This document shows positions 12,707 through 25,700 of a DNA stretch of 64,000 nucleotides, piece by piece (within the stretch, counting starts at the first letter, position 1; each line of letters opens with the position of its first letter). The stretch is from the NCBI RefSeq assembly GCF_000002075.1, contig NW_004797332.1, positions 1,638,388-1,702,387 on the forward strand. Reading direction: 5' to 3'. This DNA is from Aplysia californica (lineage: Eukaryota). The translations under genes and the position numbers were made by a program. The notes under the pieces are model-generated. The model did not search any database. It saw only the letters and a program-made list of their open reading frames with translations, and was not told where the DNA came from.

Positions 12707-15323
12707 TTTGTTGTTGTTGGATTTTTATTTTTTATATTTTTTTGGGGGGTGGGTGGCTGTTGGAGAGTGGGATGGTCAAATAAAAGCCTATGGTTCTACT
12801 GAAGTATAATAAAAACCAAGAGGGTAGACAGTCTTTGGATCAGCATATCTTGAACAATATAAGTTTATGCTAGCAATTATTTGTACTGCATGGATATGTT
12901 TCTATTTCTCAGAGACAAACAGCAGCGTAGGAAATTCAAGTTCTCTAGAATCGCCAAGTGGGATTTATATATCTGGAAACTTCTCTTCTGGAAATGCCAC
13001 AAATGGAAACGTGTCTACATCTTATGCCATATATACTACAAGTGGAGATTTCTCCACTGGAAACTTCTCTTCGGGAAATGCATCAAGTGGAAACTGGTCA
13101 AGAACTTTCGCCGGAAATACTACAAATGGAAATTTCCCTTCTGGAACTCTGACTGCAGGAAATACCACGAGTGGAAATTGGTCTAGATCTTTTACCAGAA
13201 ACACTACTAGTGGAAACGTCTCTTCTGGAAACTTCTCTTCTGGAAATGCCTCTTCAGTAAATGTCTCTTCTGGAAATTTCTCTTGTGGAAACTTCTCTTC
13301 TGGAAACTTATCTAGAAACGTCTCTTCTGGAAATGCCTCTTCAGTAAATGTCTCTTCTGCAAACTTCTCTGGAAATGCCTCTTCTGTAAATGTCTCTTCT
13401 GGAAGCTTCTCTTTTGGAAATATCTCTTCTGGAAACTTCTCTGGAAACATCTCTTCTGGAAACGTCTCTTCCGGAAATGTCTCTTCTGGAAACTTCTCTG
13501 GAAACGTCTCTTCTGGAAATGTTTCTTCTGGAAATGCCTCTTCTGGAAACTTCTCTTTTGGAAATATCTCTTCTGTAAATGTCTCTTCTGGAAACTTCTC
13601 TGGAAATGCCTCTTCTGTAAATGTCTCTTCTGGAAACTTCTCTTCTGGGAACTTCTCTTCTGGAAAAATCTCAACTGGAAACGTCTCTTCTAGAAACTTC
13701 AATTTTGGAAACATCTCCTCTGAAAACTTTTCAAGAAACGTCTCTTCTGGAAATGTCTCTTCTGAAAATGTCACTTCTGGAAATGTCTCTTCTGGAAACT
13801 TCTCTTTTGGAAATATCTCTTCTGTAAATGTCTCTTCTGGAAACTTCTCTTCTGGAAACTTCCCTTCTGGAAACTTCTCTTCTGGAAACGTCTCTTCTGG
13901 AAACGTCTCTTCTGGAAACTTCTCTTCTGGAAACTTCTCTTCTGGAAACGTCTCTTCTGGAATCTTCTCCGGAAACGTTTCTTTAAACGTCTCTTCTGGA
14001 AAGATATCTTCTGGAAACTTCTCTGAAAACTGTTCTCCTGGAAATGTCTCTTCTGGAAACCTTTCTTCTGGAAATGTCTCTTCTGAAAACTTCTTTTCTG
14101 GAAACGTCTCTTCTGGAAATGTTCCTAGAAACGTCTCTTCTGGAAACATCTTTTCTGGAAATTTCTCTGGAAACTTCTCTTCTGGAAACTTCTCTTCTGT
14201 AAATGCCTCCTCTGTAAGTGTCTCTTCTGTAAATGTCTCTTCTGGAAACTTCTCTTCTAGAAACGTCTCTTCTGGAAACTTCTCTGAAAACATCTCTCCT
14301 GGAAATGTCTCTTCTGGAAACCTCTCTTCTGAAAATGTTTCTTCTGGAAACTTCTCTTTTGGGAACTTCTCTGGAAACGTCTTTTCTAGAAACTTCTCGT
14401 CTGGAAACTTCTCTTCAGGAAATTTCTCTTCTGGAAGCGTCTCTTCTGGAAACGTTTCTTTTGGGAACATCTTTTCTGAAAATTTCTCTGGAAACTTCTC
14501 TTCTGGAAACTTCTCTTTTGTAAATGCCTGTTCTGGAAATGTCTCTTCTGGAAACTTCTCTTCTGTAAATGCCTGTTCTAGAAATGTCTCTTCTAGAAAC
14601 TTCTCTTCTGTAAATGTCTCTTCTGGAAACGTCTCTTCTAGAAACTTCTCTGGAAACGTCTCTTCTGGAAACGTCACTTTCGGAAATGTCTCTTCTGGAA
14701 ACTTCTCTGGAAACTTCTCTTATGGAAACATCTCTTCTGGAAACGTCACTTCCGGAAATGTCTCTTCTGGAAACTTCTCTGGAAACGTCTCTTCTGGAAA
14801 TGTCTCTTCTGGAAACATCTCCTCTGGAAACTTCTCTTCAGGAAGCTTCTTTGGAAATGTCTCTTCTGGAAACGTCTCTTCTGGAAACGTCTCTTCTGGA
14901 AACTTCTCTGGAAACTTCTCTTATGGAAACATCTCTTCTGGAAACGTCACTTCCGGAAATGTCTCTTCTGGAAACTTCTCTGGAAACGTCTCTTCTGGAA
15001 ATGTCTCTTCTGGAAACATCTCCTCTGGAAACTTCTCTTCAGGAAGCTTCTTTGGAAATGTCTCTTCTGGAAACGTCTCTTCTGGAAACGTCTCTTCTGG
15101 AAACTTCTCTGGAAACGTCTCTGGAAATGTATCTTCTGTAAACGTCTCTCTTGGAAACTTCTCTGGAAACGTCTCTTCTGGAAACTTCTCTTCTGTTGTC
15201 AACTCGACCGTAATGCAAGTTCCAGCAAGAAATGTCACCAGTGGTAATTCTTCAGGTCTTCCCTCTGCGAACTACACGAATGGCAACCAGTCTCTGAACA
15301 GTGGATTCATAATACTGGGGTGA
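11448..15323 (+). CDS. Secreted GN[FVIA]SS pentapeptide-repeat (N-x-S-rich) protein, 838 aa, two coding exons
   Basis: Exon 1 11448-11553 encodes a signal peptide, MAALSQIVIPVLVLVLTAVSRSTA-FPSGYKYNFTT, with donor C|gtaagt. Exon 2 12913-15323 has acceptor tctatttctcag|AG. The phase-1 join gives 2517 nt. TATATAA near 11313 and AATAAA at 15507. The 12867 ATG in the ORF track is intronic. Confidence 0.85.
13190..15195 (+). repeat. Coding minisatellite of 15/12-bp units (ggaaacttctcttct) with a 201-bp higher-order duplication
   Basis: Units encode GNFSS/GNVSS/GNISS/GNFS. The 67-aa block NFSGNFSYGNISSGNVTSG... is repeated, with the tatgg marker at 14721 and 14922. Confidence 0.95.
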
Positions 15324-15887
15324 AGACTTCACTCGAAAACCTACGAAGAACAATTAAGATCTGAAATGTGCTCTTTTTTAATGTTCTCATTTATTTTTTT
15401 ATTTCGCTTTGTAATACATACATGTGGTAGTGGTACTTTTATCTATGTTTCAAATGGAAAAAAAATACCACGTCGGTACATTTTTCACTTTATGAAAGCT
15501 GATGGAAATAAATGTCTCTTGTGATAAAATATGTCGATTATTTCATTTGTAAATTTCGTTTGTTTTCTTTTTCTGTCAAATCTTGAAAGATTTTCATAAC
15601 AAGGCTTCGGCTATCTTTACAAAAGAAGATAATTCAAGTTCAGTAAGATCAAATATCATCATAGTCTGAGCGTATTACGCTCTACGTTATCCAGAGTCAG
15701 ATAACAGTTCANNNNNNNNNNNNNNNNNNNNNNNNNNNNNNNNNNNNNNNNNNNNNNNNNNNNNNNNNNNNNNNNNNNNNNNNNNNNNNNNNNNNNNNNN
15801 NNNNNNNNNNNNNNNNNNNNNNNNNNNNNNNNNNNNNNNNNNNNNNNNNNNNNNNNNNNNNNNNNNNNTCCTCCTACCATCTCTCTT

Positions 15888-15938
<51 letters not shown>

Positions 15939-18639
15939 TCTAACAAGGTTCCAACAACAGAGGTCCAACCATAGACTTAATCCTAAAACAGTGACATGAA
16001 ATCTAAATTTTTAAAAAGAGATTTGATAAAAACATCGAACATGGCTATTCTATTTTTGTACCTACATGACCCACAGCTAATGTGCCTTCGTTGAATGTGT
16101 ACACGTTTTACATATTATTTTATTGTAACATGTGTCACATTGAGTGTGCAATTGAGGGAAAGGGGGGGGGGGCAGAAAGCTGGGTGCACTTTGGTGCTGG
16201 CGTAAATTCCCAATCAGTGGCCTGGCGTGACCTTGGTCTGATAATAATAATATTATCAGAGATTGTCGTGTTGTTGCCTCCCTGTGCGGTGGCGAGACTT
16301 CGCTACTTTAGAATTTTGCAAAGGTCTATCTGAAGTTTTTGGTCGTTTTTGTGTGTGCTTTTTTAAAAGTTAGATCTACTTAGACCATGAGGTGAGAAAC
16401 CAAATGTTTTATCTGTTCTATAAAAATGGTACAGTCGTATGATATTCAAAGAACTGCCTTTGAAAAAGCTTGTAATGTTGTGAAACTCAAAACTGTTTAG
16501 TAGGTCAGATATCCCAAAATTACGTACTGAGCAGATAAAACTTTGTAAATCAAGGGTAGAAACTTGTAACAGGAATGAAATTAATGACAGAATGAGAAGT
16601 AGCATTGGCATTAAGCCTACATCTACCGCAGATCTCTCTGCGTTTTCCNNNNNNNNNNNNNNNNNNNNNNNNNNNNNNNNNNNNNNNNNNNNNNNNNNNN
16701 NNNNNNNNNNNNNNNNNNNNNNNNNNNNNNNNNNNNNNNNNNNNNNNNNNNNNNNNNNNNNNNNNNNNNNNNNNNNNNNNNNNNNNNNNNNNNNNNNNNN
16801 NNNNNNNNNNNNNNNNNNNNNNNNNNNNNNNNNNNNNNNNNNTAGCGAGAAGCACATCGACACAATAATGGTTATTTAGTGGTGGGAAAAAGTAAGACAG
16901 ACGAGAAACAAGAGGGGACATAAAGAAGTCGGATCTACCAGTGGCACCCTCCAACCACCCATGTATAAGCAAGCTTATATAGTCGTAAAGCACACGGCAA
17001 GCTGTATTGAGCACGGAAGGAGCTAAATAACTGCAAATTATGATTATTATTACTACCCGTGCATCTCGAATACATGTAACGTGTAGTCAATCTCCATTAG
17101 ACTTTGATAAATGATACTAGGGGAGGGAAAAGATAAAGATGAGGAGAAAAATTTTTACTGGTAAAAGTAAAAGAAAGGAACAATGACTAACAAATTGACA
17201 TTGGGTGATCTGTTTAATATAATAAAAACGATTCCATTCGTTAAAGGTACAGTACAGTGTATGTAAACTTGCTCCCTTTTTCATATATGTAGTCAATGAG
17301 AATTGGTAAAGATCACAAAACTAAACCACAGTTCAGAGTTATGTCAGCTCATTTAATTTACTTTTGGTTTCTTCAATCAGAAATCAGTTGATCTTTGGTA
17401 GGTAGTGTATGTAGGTCATTCATCGTTCCTTTGTGAACGCGAATTCGACACACAGTCGACTAAGGACGTGTTGATATCAGGGGAGTGAAAAATAGATCAA
17501 CTCATCTGAAGGTTTTTTTTTGCTTTTTTATTTGGTAAGTGTTTTACAACGCTCGCAACTGCATAAGGTCATACGAGCGCACGGAACACATTAAACTTTT
17601 TCAGTTGGTAGAAAATTTTGAATTTTGCCCGGGTGGCGGCCGAAGCCTACTCTTATCGATTTTAGACCACCAAGGGATCTTTAACGTGTGCAAATTACAT
17701 ATTTTATGGGGCCTCTGAGATTTGTTTCGCGCTTGTCCGAGAAGGCTAGGTGTAGATCTTTCCTACCAGATGATCAGGGGTGTGGCTGAAAACTGGCATC
17801 TGCGTTTGTCGCGGCCGCGATTTTTGCATTTTTCAAAACAAAAACAAAAACAAAAAGACAAAACAACAAGGCTACTTCATAACATATTAGACATACTTGT
17901 ATTTGGATAAGTTTTAGGATGTCCATGTGTATCTATTTTCATGCGGAGAATATAAGTAAAAATGTACATTACATACTACTATTGCTGTTTGTCTTTTCCT
18001 TTTATTTTTCCCTCTTTGTTGTGTTTTAATTTGTTGGTGTGTTAATTTTTCAAAAAATTGTTCTGATGATTTGTTTTCTTTTTTTGTGTTTATACAACGT
18101 AATGTAATTACTTTGATGCTGTTCCTACCCTTTCAAAAATACAATGTGTTATGTTAGAGCGTGTCTCCACCAAAACCGAATACTGACACTGGCACGCCCC
18201 AATTGTTCGTGATTCCATAATTTACGTGTAATATCCTGCAGGCCTACTTTCTCTTGAATCACACACACGTTTAGGGTTAAAACAGCCAATCTTCGGATAT
18301 GTGGACACGCGCCCTAATTTGTTAATTGTTGTGGTTATGTCATGTATCCGCGCTGTTCTGATTTGAATTTTATTCTGTTGTGAAACCTTTATTTTTCACG
18401 TTTTTACCCTCTGGGTGACTACAAATGATATTCTGGATGCTCAAAACAGAGCACAAGAAATTCTGATGCTTTAGATTAAATTAGATTGTTACCTCTATCA
18501 ACATATTGCTATATACGTCGTCACAGAGAGTTGAAAGCTTGAAAATTAATGGCAACTTTTTTGGCAGTTTTGCCACTTTTTGCAACTTTTTGACAAAAAT
18601 ATGGCAACAAACGCAGATGCTAGAGCAGTAAGAAGGAGC

Positions 18640-18874
18640 CAAGGAGTAGCAGTAGAAAGGCTGCAGAAAGAGTCAGGAGCCAAGAGGAGGGGGCAAAGGA
18701 GATTGGGGAATGGGGACAGAAAGTGGAGTCAAAAGCAGACAACAGAACATTGCTACAGAGCAGGAAAGGAAATGAAGGGAGACAATTTTGGAGAACATTT
18801 TTGGTCGCTATCAGGATTCGAACCGGGGACCTTTGAATGAGAGGCGAACACCTTAACCTCTAGGCCACGAGAGC
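18640..18874 (-). mobile_element. tRNA-headed SINE (family C)
   Basis: Minus-strand head GCTCTCGTGGCCTAGAGGTTAAGG...GGTTCGAATCC has A and B boxes, but the acceptor and anticodon stems do not pair. The body is homologous to 23090-23200. Confidence 0.6.
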
Positions 18875-20404
18875 CCCCATCCAAAGTTCAACTTAACCGT
18901 TGGGAATTGTAAAGAAAACGAGGTGCAGGGACTCGAGAAAAATAACTTAACCGAAGATCAACTGAACAGTGTTCTACTGAAGCGGAGTCGACTATACAAG
19001 TGTTAGAATTTGCCACCGCCCCCCCCCCCCTAAAAAAAAAAAACCCATCGCACCTGTTAACCACAAGAATCCACCATTCAAATTAAATGTATCTTTCCAA
19101 AAATTCCCTGTTCACAAGGGCAAAAGCTCAAACTGGTCAGCGGCAAGATTGGTCTGAGTCAAAAAGTTTGTTTTGATCAAGGATTCGCCCAGGCTCCTAC
19201 TACAAAGATCTGCTCATCCATTTCACTCAATGTGCACTCCAAGTTGACAAATAAAATTCAGCAACTCTTGGTTTTAGTTTCAGTAGGAGTTTTACAGCAC
19301 TTGCAACACATATGGGTCATATCAGTGCCGAAGATTAGAGGTGTTGTTACATGTGTACTAAAGAGAAAAAAAAAAAAATAGGAGAGATCGATAGATGTTT
19401 GACCACGAAAACAGGAGTTAACTACACCAGAGCACCCACAAACACCTGCGATAGAAGTTCGATAGGAAAGAAGGAGCTAACAAACCACACCAGAGAACCC
19501 GCCACCCACCCACACAGCATCTCTCATAAAACAAATGGCGGCGCTGGTAGTCTTGCGGTTAAGCTTCTGCACTCGCAATTGTGAGATTACAGATTTGGGG
19601 TTTCGAAGCTAAGCTCAGTCTGACGTTGAATTTGAATGCTCGGGAAAGGCACTTTGCGCAAACTTTCCCATTTAATTTGGCTGGTATATACTATATACTG
19701 GAGATGTACGTTACATTAAGACATCCCGCTTTTTACACAACCTTACAGTGTTGCGAGGAGTGTAAAACCTATACAATCTCACATTTCACAAAAACAAATG
19801 AAACTCGAGCCTCAGCTCGGTCCCACATTGTGTCCTTGGGAAACGCACTTTACACGGTTTTCCCAATTGGTCCTTTCGGAGATGGACGTTAAACTTGGAA
19901 GTCCCGCCTCTTAAATAACCTAACAGTGTTGATAGAGGCGTTAAACTTAATTACTTATATTATTTCAGCATTTCAAACAAATCAAACAATAAAACAAAAA
20001 CATCTGAGTTTCAATAAACAAATGAATGTTTACTTACGACATTGTTCAACAAGGCTTGAGTTCACGGGTAGCAGGAAAAAGTATCACAATCAGGACAAAC
20101 TACATGTGATTCAAACTGGTCAATAATATCTAATGTCATCATAAAACCTCTCAAGCAGCCATAGACGATTCTCACATCTTGATACCCCCCCCCCCCCCCA
20201 ACCACACATACACGCAAAAAGGGACTGGGGAATAATAAAGATTCAGAAAGCAAGATTCACATACCATAACACTCTCTCTTTCACTGTTCTATGGACACAT
20301 GTATTACATTACAACGGTATGTGAACATGTATTACAATATATATATATATGGACACACTGGTACAAGAACATGTATTATTACTACACACTTTCTCTCACT
20401 GGTT

Positions 20405-20585
20405 GTTTGTTTTACTAGAGGTTTTACGACGCTCGCAACTGTATAAGGTCATATGAGCGCCAGAAGATTAGAGGTGTTACAAGAGAGTAACAAACATAAG
20501 TAAGAAGAAGGGGAGATAAGGACAATAGATGTTTGATAGGAAAGAAGGAGCAAACCACACCAGAGCACCCGCCAACCACCCACTT
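20405..20585 (-). mobile_element. 5'-truncated retroposon 3' tail (representative of ~12 copies)
   Basis: Motif gcgctcatatgacc...gcagttgcgagcgccgtaaaacc + (actaaa/aaac)n tail. Copies near 17535, 19280, 20415, 21690, 22850, 25940, 27930, 29090 and 32710 (minus strand) and 30860, 48055 and 56995 (plus strand). Resemblance to I/Nimb-clade LINE 3' ends is from memory. Confidence 0.6.
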
Positions 20586-21440
20586 CTCTCACTGGGACAC
20601 ATTGGAACATGAATATGTATTAAAACACTTTCTTTCATTTCGTTAGTTTGACGAGTGTCTAATTTCATCACGATGCCTCACATATATATATATACATAAT
20701 TTCCACCGAGAGCAATGCCTACGATATTCTGTACGGTACAGCTGAACCTGTCCAAAGGATCACTCTCCACTTCCCCATTTGTATTTTATTTTTATAATAA
20801 CAATGACACTGTCCAAGACGTACGTCCACCCGTCTAGAACAACCACTTTTCTCCTTGACAAAGGTGGCTTTCACAGACAATTTCGACTACTTTCAATGCA
20901 CAGATACAATTAAACACATCCCAAAAATGTGACAAGTGGAGGGCAGTCAACAGTGTTCCTACAAATGTTTATGTTTAACCATGCAACAGAAGTGACCTGT
21001 TATTTTTTTTCTTCTCCATCTGCAACTTTGGAAATAAAACAAAACGACAGAAAGTAATACAAAGATCATCGCCAGGTCTTTCCAAACAGCCTAAGTACAT
21101 AACGATCGTTAGTTACCTTTACAACTCCAAGATGAAAAGCAGGAAAACTAATTGCAAAGACGACTGAACAAATTGATTTTCGTGGTGAGAAGAAAAAAAA
21201 AGTCGCATTTTAGTTTTTAGTAATGAAATGAATGTCAACTAAATTTAAAATTATTATTCACTTCCTTTTTCTTTGGAGCAAAGGGTGTCAGAATCAACAG
21301 TTACATACTTTTATATATATATATATATTATTTACATACATGTATACAGCATTTACATGACAAATATATGTTTTTAGCATTGCAACCATAAATATTACAA
21401 CAGCTTGCTTTGCCTCTTAGTGTAACTAAAAAATATCAAG

Positions 21441-22130
21441 GTCTCATCATCTTTTTTACACTTGCAGTAATGGTAATGATCAAATAGAAAGCTTGGTGTA
21501 GAGGGACTTCCACATCCGGTTTTATACCTTTATGATCTGACCTGATCACAGCACACACAGTAGCACATTCCACAAAGAATGAGAGACAATAGCTTCAGGA
21601 TCGGAAAAAACATGAACTGAATGAATGTAGTGGGGTACTCTGAAGGCGGGAGACAGATTTTTATTACAAGTAAAATCGTGTCAAAGTTTAGGAAAAGTTT
21701 TTCGACACTTACAACACAATAAGGTCATATATATAAGAGCCGAAGATCAAAGGTGTTACAAGAGAGAAACAAACACTAAAAAGAAGGAGAGAATTGGAAG
21801 GATAAATGTTTGACAGGAAGGAAGGAGCAAACCATACCAGAGCACCAGTCAACCACCCACTCTCATCATTTTTCACACTTGTAGTAATAGTAAATATCAA
21901 ATAAAAAGCTTTGTGTAGAGAGATTTCCATATTCGATTTTAGACCGTTATGATCTGACCTGATCACTGCACACACAATAGCACATTTCACAATGAATGAG
22001 AGACAATAGCTTTAATACTGCTTCATGATAGGGAAAAAAAATATGAACTGAAGGAATGTAGTGGGGTACTTTGAGGGTGAAGGACAGATTGATATATATA
22101 TTATATTACAAATAAAATCTTGTCAAAGGA
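21441..22130. repeat. Direct duplication of ~230-250 bp downstream of the DTL stop codon
   Basis: 21441-21690 and 21861-22130 share tctcatcat...ttatgatctgacctgatcac...gagagacaatagc...gtggggtact...tgtcaaag. A retroposon tail lies between them. Confidence 0.8.
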
Positions 22131-22710
22131 CTCTGAGGTAACGACACTGAAAAATTAATAGGGTTCGGAAATCTTTTCCAACCGAGAACGACATGAAAAA
22201 AAATAATATGGAAAAGCGAATCATTTCTTTTACAGACATATTCAACATAAATCATTTTAACAACGTGATTGCAATTGTGCCGCTGTGTCTGGACACTAAG
22301 CATAACAACCATATAAAAACAGAAAAAGACAATAGAAACAGAAAAGATCATATCATACCAGAACACCCATCAACTAACCCCATACATGTTACAATTGAAA
22401 ACATGCGTGATTTCTTTGAAAATAAACCCATAACCACGTGATTCTCTGGTCATGGCACAATATGTCATTCCAGCTACATGAAATGACAAATGAACAACAC
22501 ACATAACACCGGTCAATAAATACAAGATAAACAGTTCCAACATTATCCTCTCTGAGCACATCATGACCACTGAAGAATGATCAATCAAAAAATCAAAAGT
22601 TGACCCTCCAAAAAAATTAAAATAGTACTCCATTTTGTGTGCAAGCTGGAAAGCTCAGGCAGCTGTGCTGTAGAAGCATCCAGTGTTTGCTTGTAATGCA
22701 GCTCTCCAAA

Positions 22711-25700
22711 TTACTGCGTATCTTTGTTCTTGAAGTAAGACTGGATTTTCTTCATTCCCTTTATGGTCTGAAAAAAAAAAAAAAGAAAGAACATTTAAAC
22801 ATAGAGGAGGTGGGGTTTTTTGTTGGGTACATGTTTTAGTTTAGTTTTAGTAAGGTTTTACGGCACTCGCAACTGCATAAGATCATATGAGCACCAAGGG
22901 GTGGATGTTAACAGAGAAGTCCAAACGCGGAATCAGACTTACTCTGCTCACCTCTCTAGCCTCAAAATCACAAAGTCTGCTTCGACTATCAAGGCACCCA
23001 TAAAGTAGCAGTTCACAAGAGAGTGACAAACATAAAAAAGAGGGAAAATGACGATAGTAAGGATGAGCGTGCGGGGACACATTAAACCCTTTGCAAAAAG
23101 AGTCAGGAGCCCAGAGGGGGGGGGGCAGAAATTGGAGACAAAAGCAAACGACAGAACATTGTTAGAGAGCAGGAAAGGATGAGAAAGGAGATCACTCTCA
23201 AAACATAACAATTACTACCATGTTGTAAAGTATCAATTATGAAGCCATGAGAGCATTCCATTAGAGTGAACACACTCAATAAGTGGCCCCTCTATCCACG
23301 AAATAAAAAAAATGATGCAAAAAGCGAAACTGACATTAGTGACTGCTAAAACTAAAAAGATAAGAAAAGTTTTGTAAAACAGACAGAACTGACATGAAAA
23401 TGAGAACAAAAAAAGCTAGGTTTAGGACTTCTGTTCGAGTAAGTGCCCCAGGAAGTACTCACAAATATGATATGTGCCTTGCCTGTGTAGTGAAATGAAT
23501 GGTAGTTTTATAATGAGTCAATAAAAAGACTGCACTTTGTCACAGACTAGAAGAATAAACGCTACACTGAAAAGATATAGAAGAAACAACCATACAATGC
23601 AAACCCAGAACACCCACCAAAAGCCTCTGTAATGAAAATCCAGCAAATGTTCAGTAAGAAAAAGAAAAAAGATTAACAAGGTACGAGACTGCCGTAGTAT
23701 GAACATAACATGCTCACATGTAACTTGCTTTCGGAAGGCTCAACTGAAATAACACTCCGACAAAGTAAGTACCATGAAAATGTGACTGCCTGCTTCAACA
23801 AGGCAAACAGAAAACTATAAATACCAGCGTCAGTAGTGTAACAATTAGGCACGTTGTATCCCTCTCAACTCGGGTTGGCCTTGACAGGCAGCGTCAAAGC
23901 AGCCCGTCTCTTAAATGATCTAAATTGTGTTGATGGGGACTCAACCCTGAGCCCCGACCTCTTGAGGCTACCATGCCCCTCTGCCTGAGCGATATATTAC
24001 TAACATTCATAATATCGTCAGAATCACATTCCATATAATAATAATAGATAGCATTTGTATAGCTCAAATCCCTGCTCAACAGCAACCTCTATGCGCTTTA
24101 CAATCTATACTAATACCCCAGCAGACCTGAGAGCATTCTGAAACAACCTCAACTTCCTGGGAAGCATACAGTGCAAGCAGCCATTTATAGGCGCTGAAAC
24201 ACTAACATACTGACAAGATCTTTCGCTGTCTATGGCCTGGTACCTATTTCCACCTGGGTGAAGTGAGGAAAATTCGTGTCAATAGCCTCCATTCCCAAGG
24301 ACACAACGTCGGACCCACGGCTTGAACCACCGACCCCGCAACCTCACAATTACGAGTCCAGTAGCCTAACCACTAGGCCACCGACGCCACAACATATCCC
24401 ACTCAGGGTAGTCCTTGTCACTACCAGCATCTAATTCAGAAAGATCTTTTAAAAAATCAATAACGTCTTGTGTTGTAAACACTGTTTTCCATACGCGTTT
24501 TGTCTCAGGCGGACCGTGTTGGGGATGGGGTCTCGTTCATCAACTGGTGGCTAGTCATACAGTACAGGCAGTTTTACATGCCACCGTTGTCCTGGTGGCA
24601 AGGGCTCAAAGGGTTCAATGATTTAAATAGTGTTGATGGGGATCTCAGTGTTCTAGGGTCTGCTGAGGACTTAGGGATATACATTATAAAGCGTACTAAG
24701 CTTGTTGTTGAGCGGGGATAAGCGCTTAAACAAATGCTGTTCATTATTTATCATAATGATTTATTACCTTTGGTGAGGATTTCCCCAAAATCCGCTTGCC
24801 CTTTTCCTCTGGGCTTTGACCCAATTCCGGTGAACTTTTCTGCTTAGCAAGTCTGAGCCTCGTCAGCCAATCATCTCTCCGAGGGGTGAGAGACGAGGAA
24901 GACCTGCGGGGAGTGGTGGGGTTTCGACCCGCCAGCTCATCCATCACCAGATTGGGCAGGTTGTGCGTCGGAGAGTCGGATTCCACAAAATCTTCACAAG
25001 ACAGTCTTGATGGAGTTGTGACCACAGGAACCTCGGGGGCGTGTCCCCCTGACACACTCTGACTCGTCACGGATTTGTCACTCGAATCACAGGTAAGTTT
25101 CTCCCCTTTAACAATTTCACCGGTGTGAGATTCTGAAGACGGTTTATCATCGTCAAACAGAGAGCCTCTAACACAAGAAGGGTGCACAGCCTTATTCTGT
25201 CCATTGGATTCAAGTCTTGTCAAACAGGGTCGCTTTGGAGAGCTTATTTCATTGGAGAATTTGGGAATCTTCTTGGGCGAAAGAGAAGGAATATTTTCAG
25301 AAATCATCCCTTCTCCTCGCCAACGTTTTGATGGAGGAGACTTAGCAGGAGACTTGGTTGGTGATTTGAGAATTTGTATTTTCAGAGGTGGTAGCATGGA
25401 GGGAGTCGATGGTGGCGACTTGGAACTTGAATCATTTTCTGAAACAACAGAAAGCCGTTTTGATCCATCACCTGCCAGTAATCCGCTGGGATCTGACACA
25501 CAAGAAGCATCTGGTTCAAGCTTGGTCCGTTTCACCGGAGTCACGGGGCCGTCAAAAACCAAAGAACTCGATGACCCTGAACACCTCTCAGGCTCTTCAC
25601 CCTTCAGAGAACGTTTTTCTCCTCCACCGCTTGATGATGTGTCATTATTGCTATTTTGTGAAGCTGATGACTCCAGTTTCTGAACTTTACAAGGTGAAGC

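Noticed and set aside
13022-14677. 551-aa antisense ORF (FPEEK/FPEET repeats) and alternative-frame SLLET ORFs
   Set aside because: By-products of the stop-free 15-bp repeat. Only the GNxSS frame has a signal-peptide exon, TATA box and poly(A) signal.
18802-18874. Apparent tRNA gene ending in CCA (minus strand)
   Set aside because: Acceptor and anticodon stems do not pair, and it continues into a repeated body, so it is a SINE head.
21441-22130. Duplicated segment considered as a pair of ncRNAs
   Set aside because: No convincing C/D or H/ACA architecture; more simply a local duplication in or near the DTL 3' UTR.
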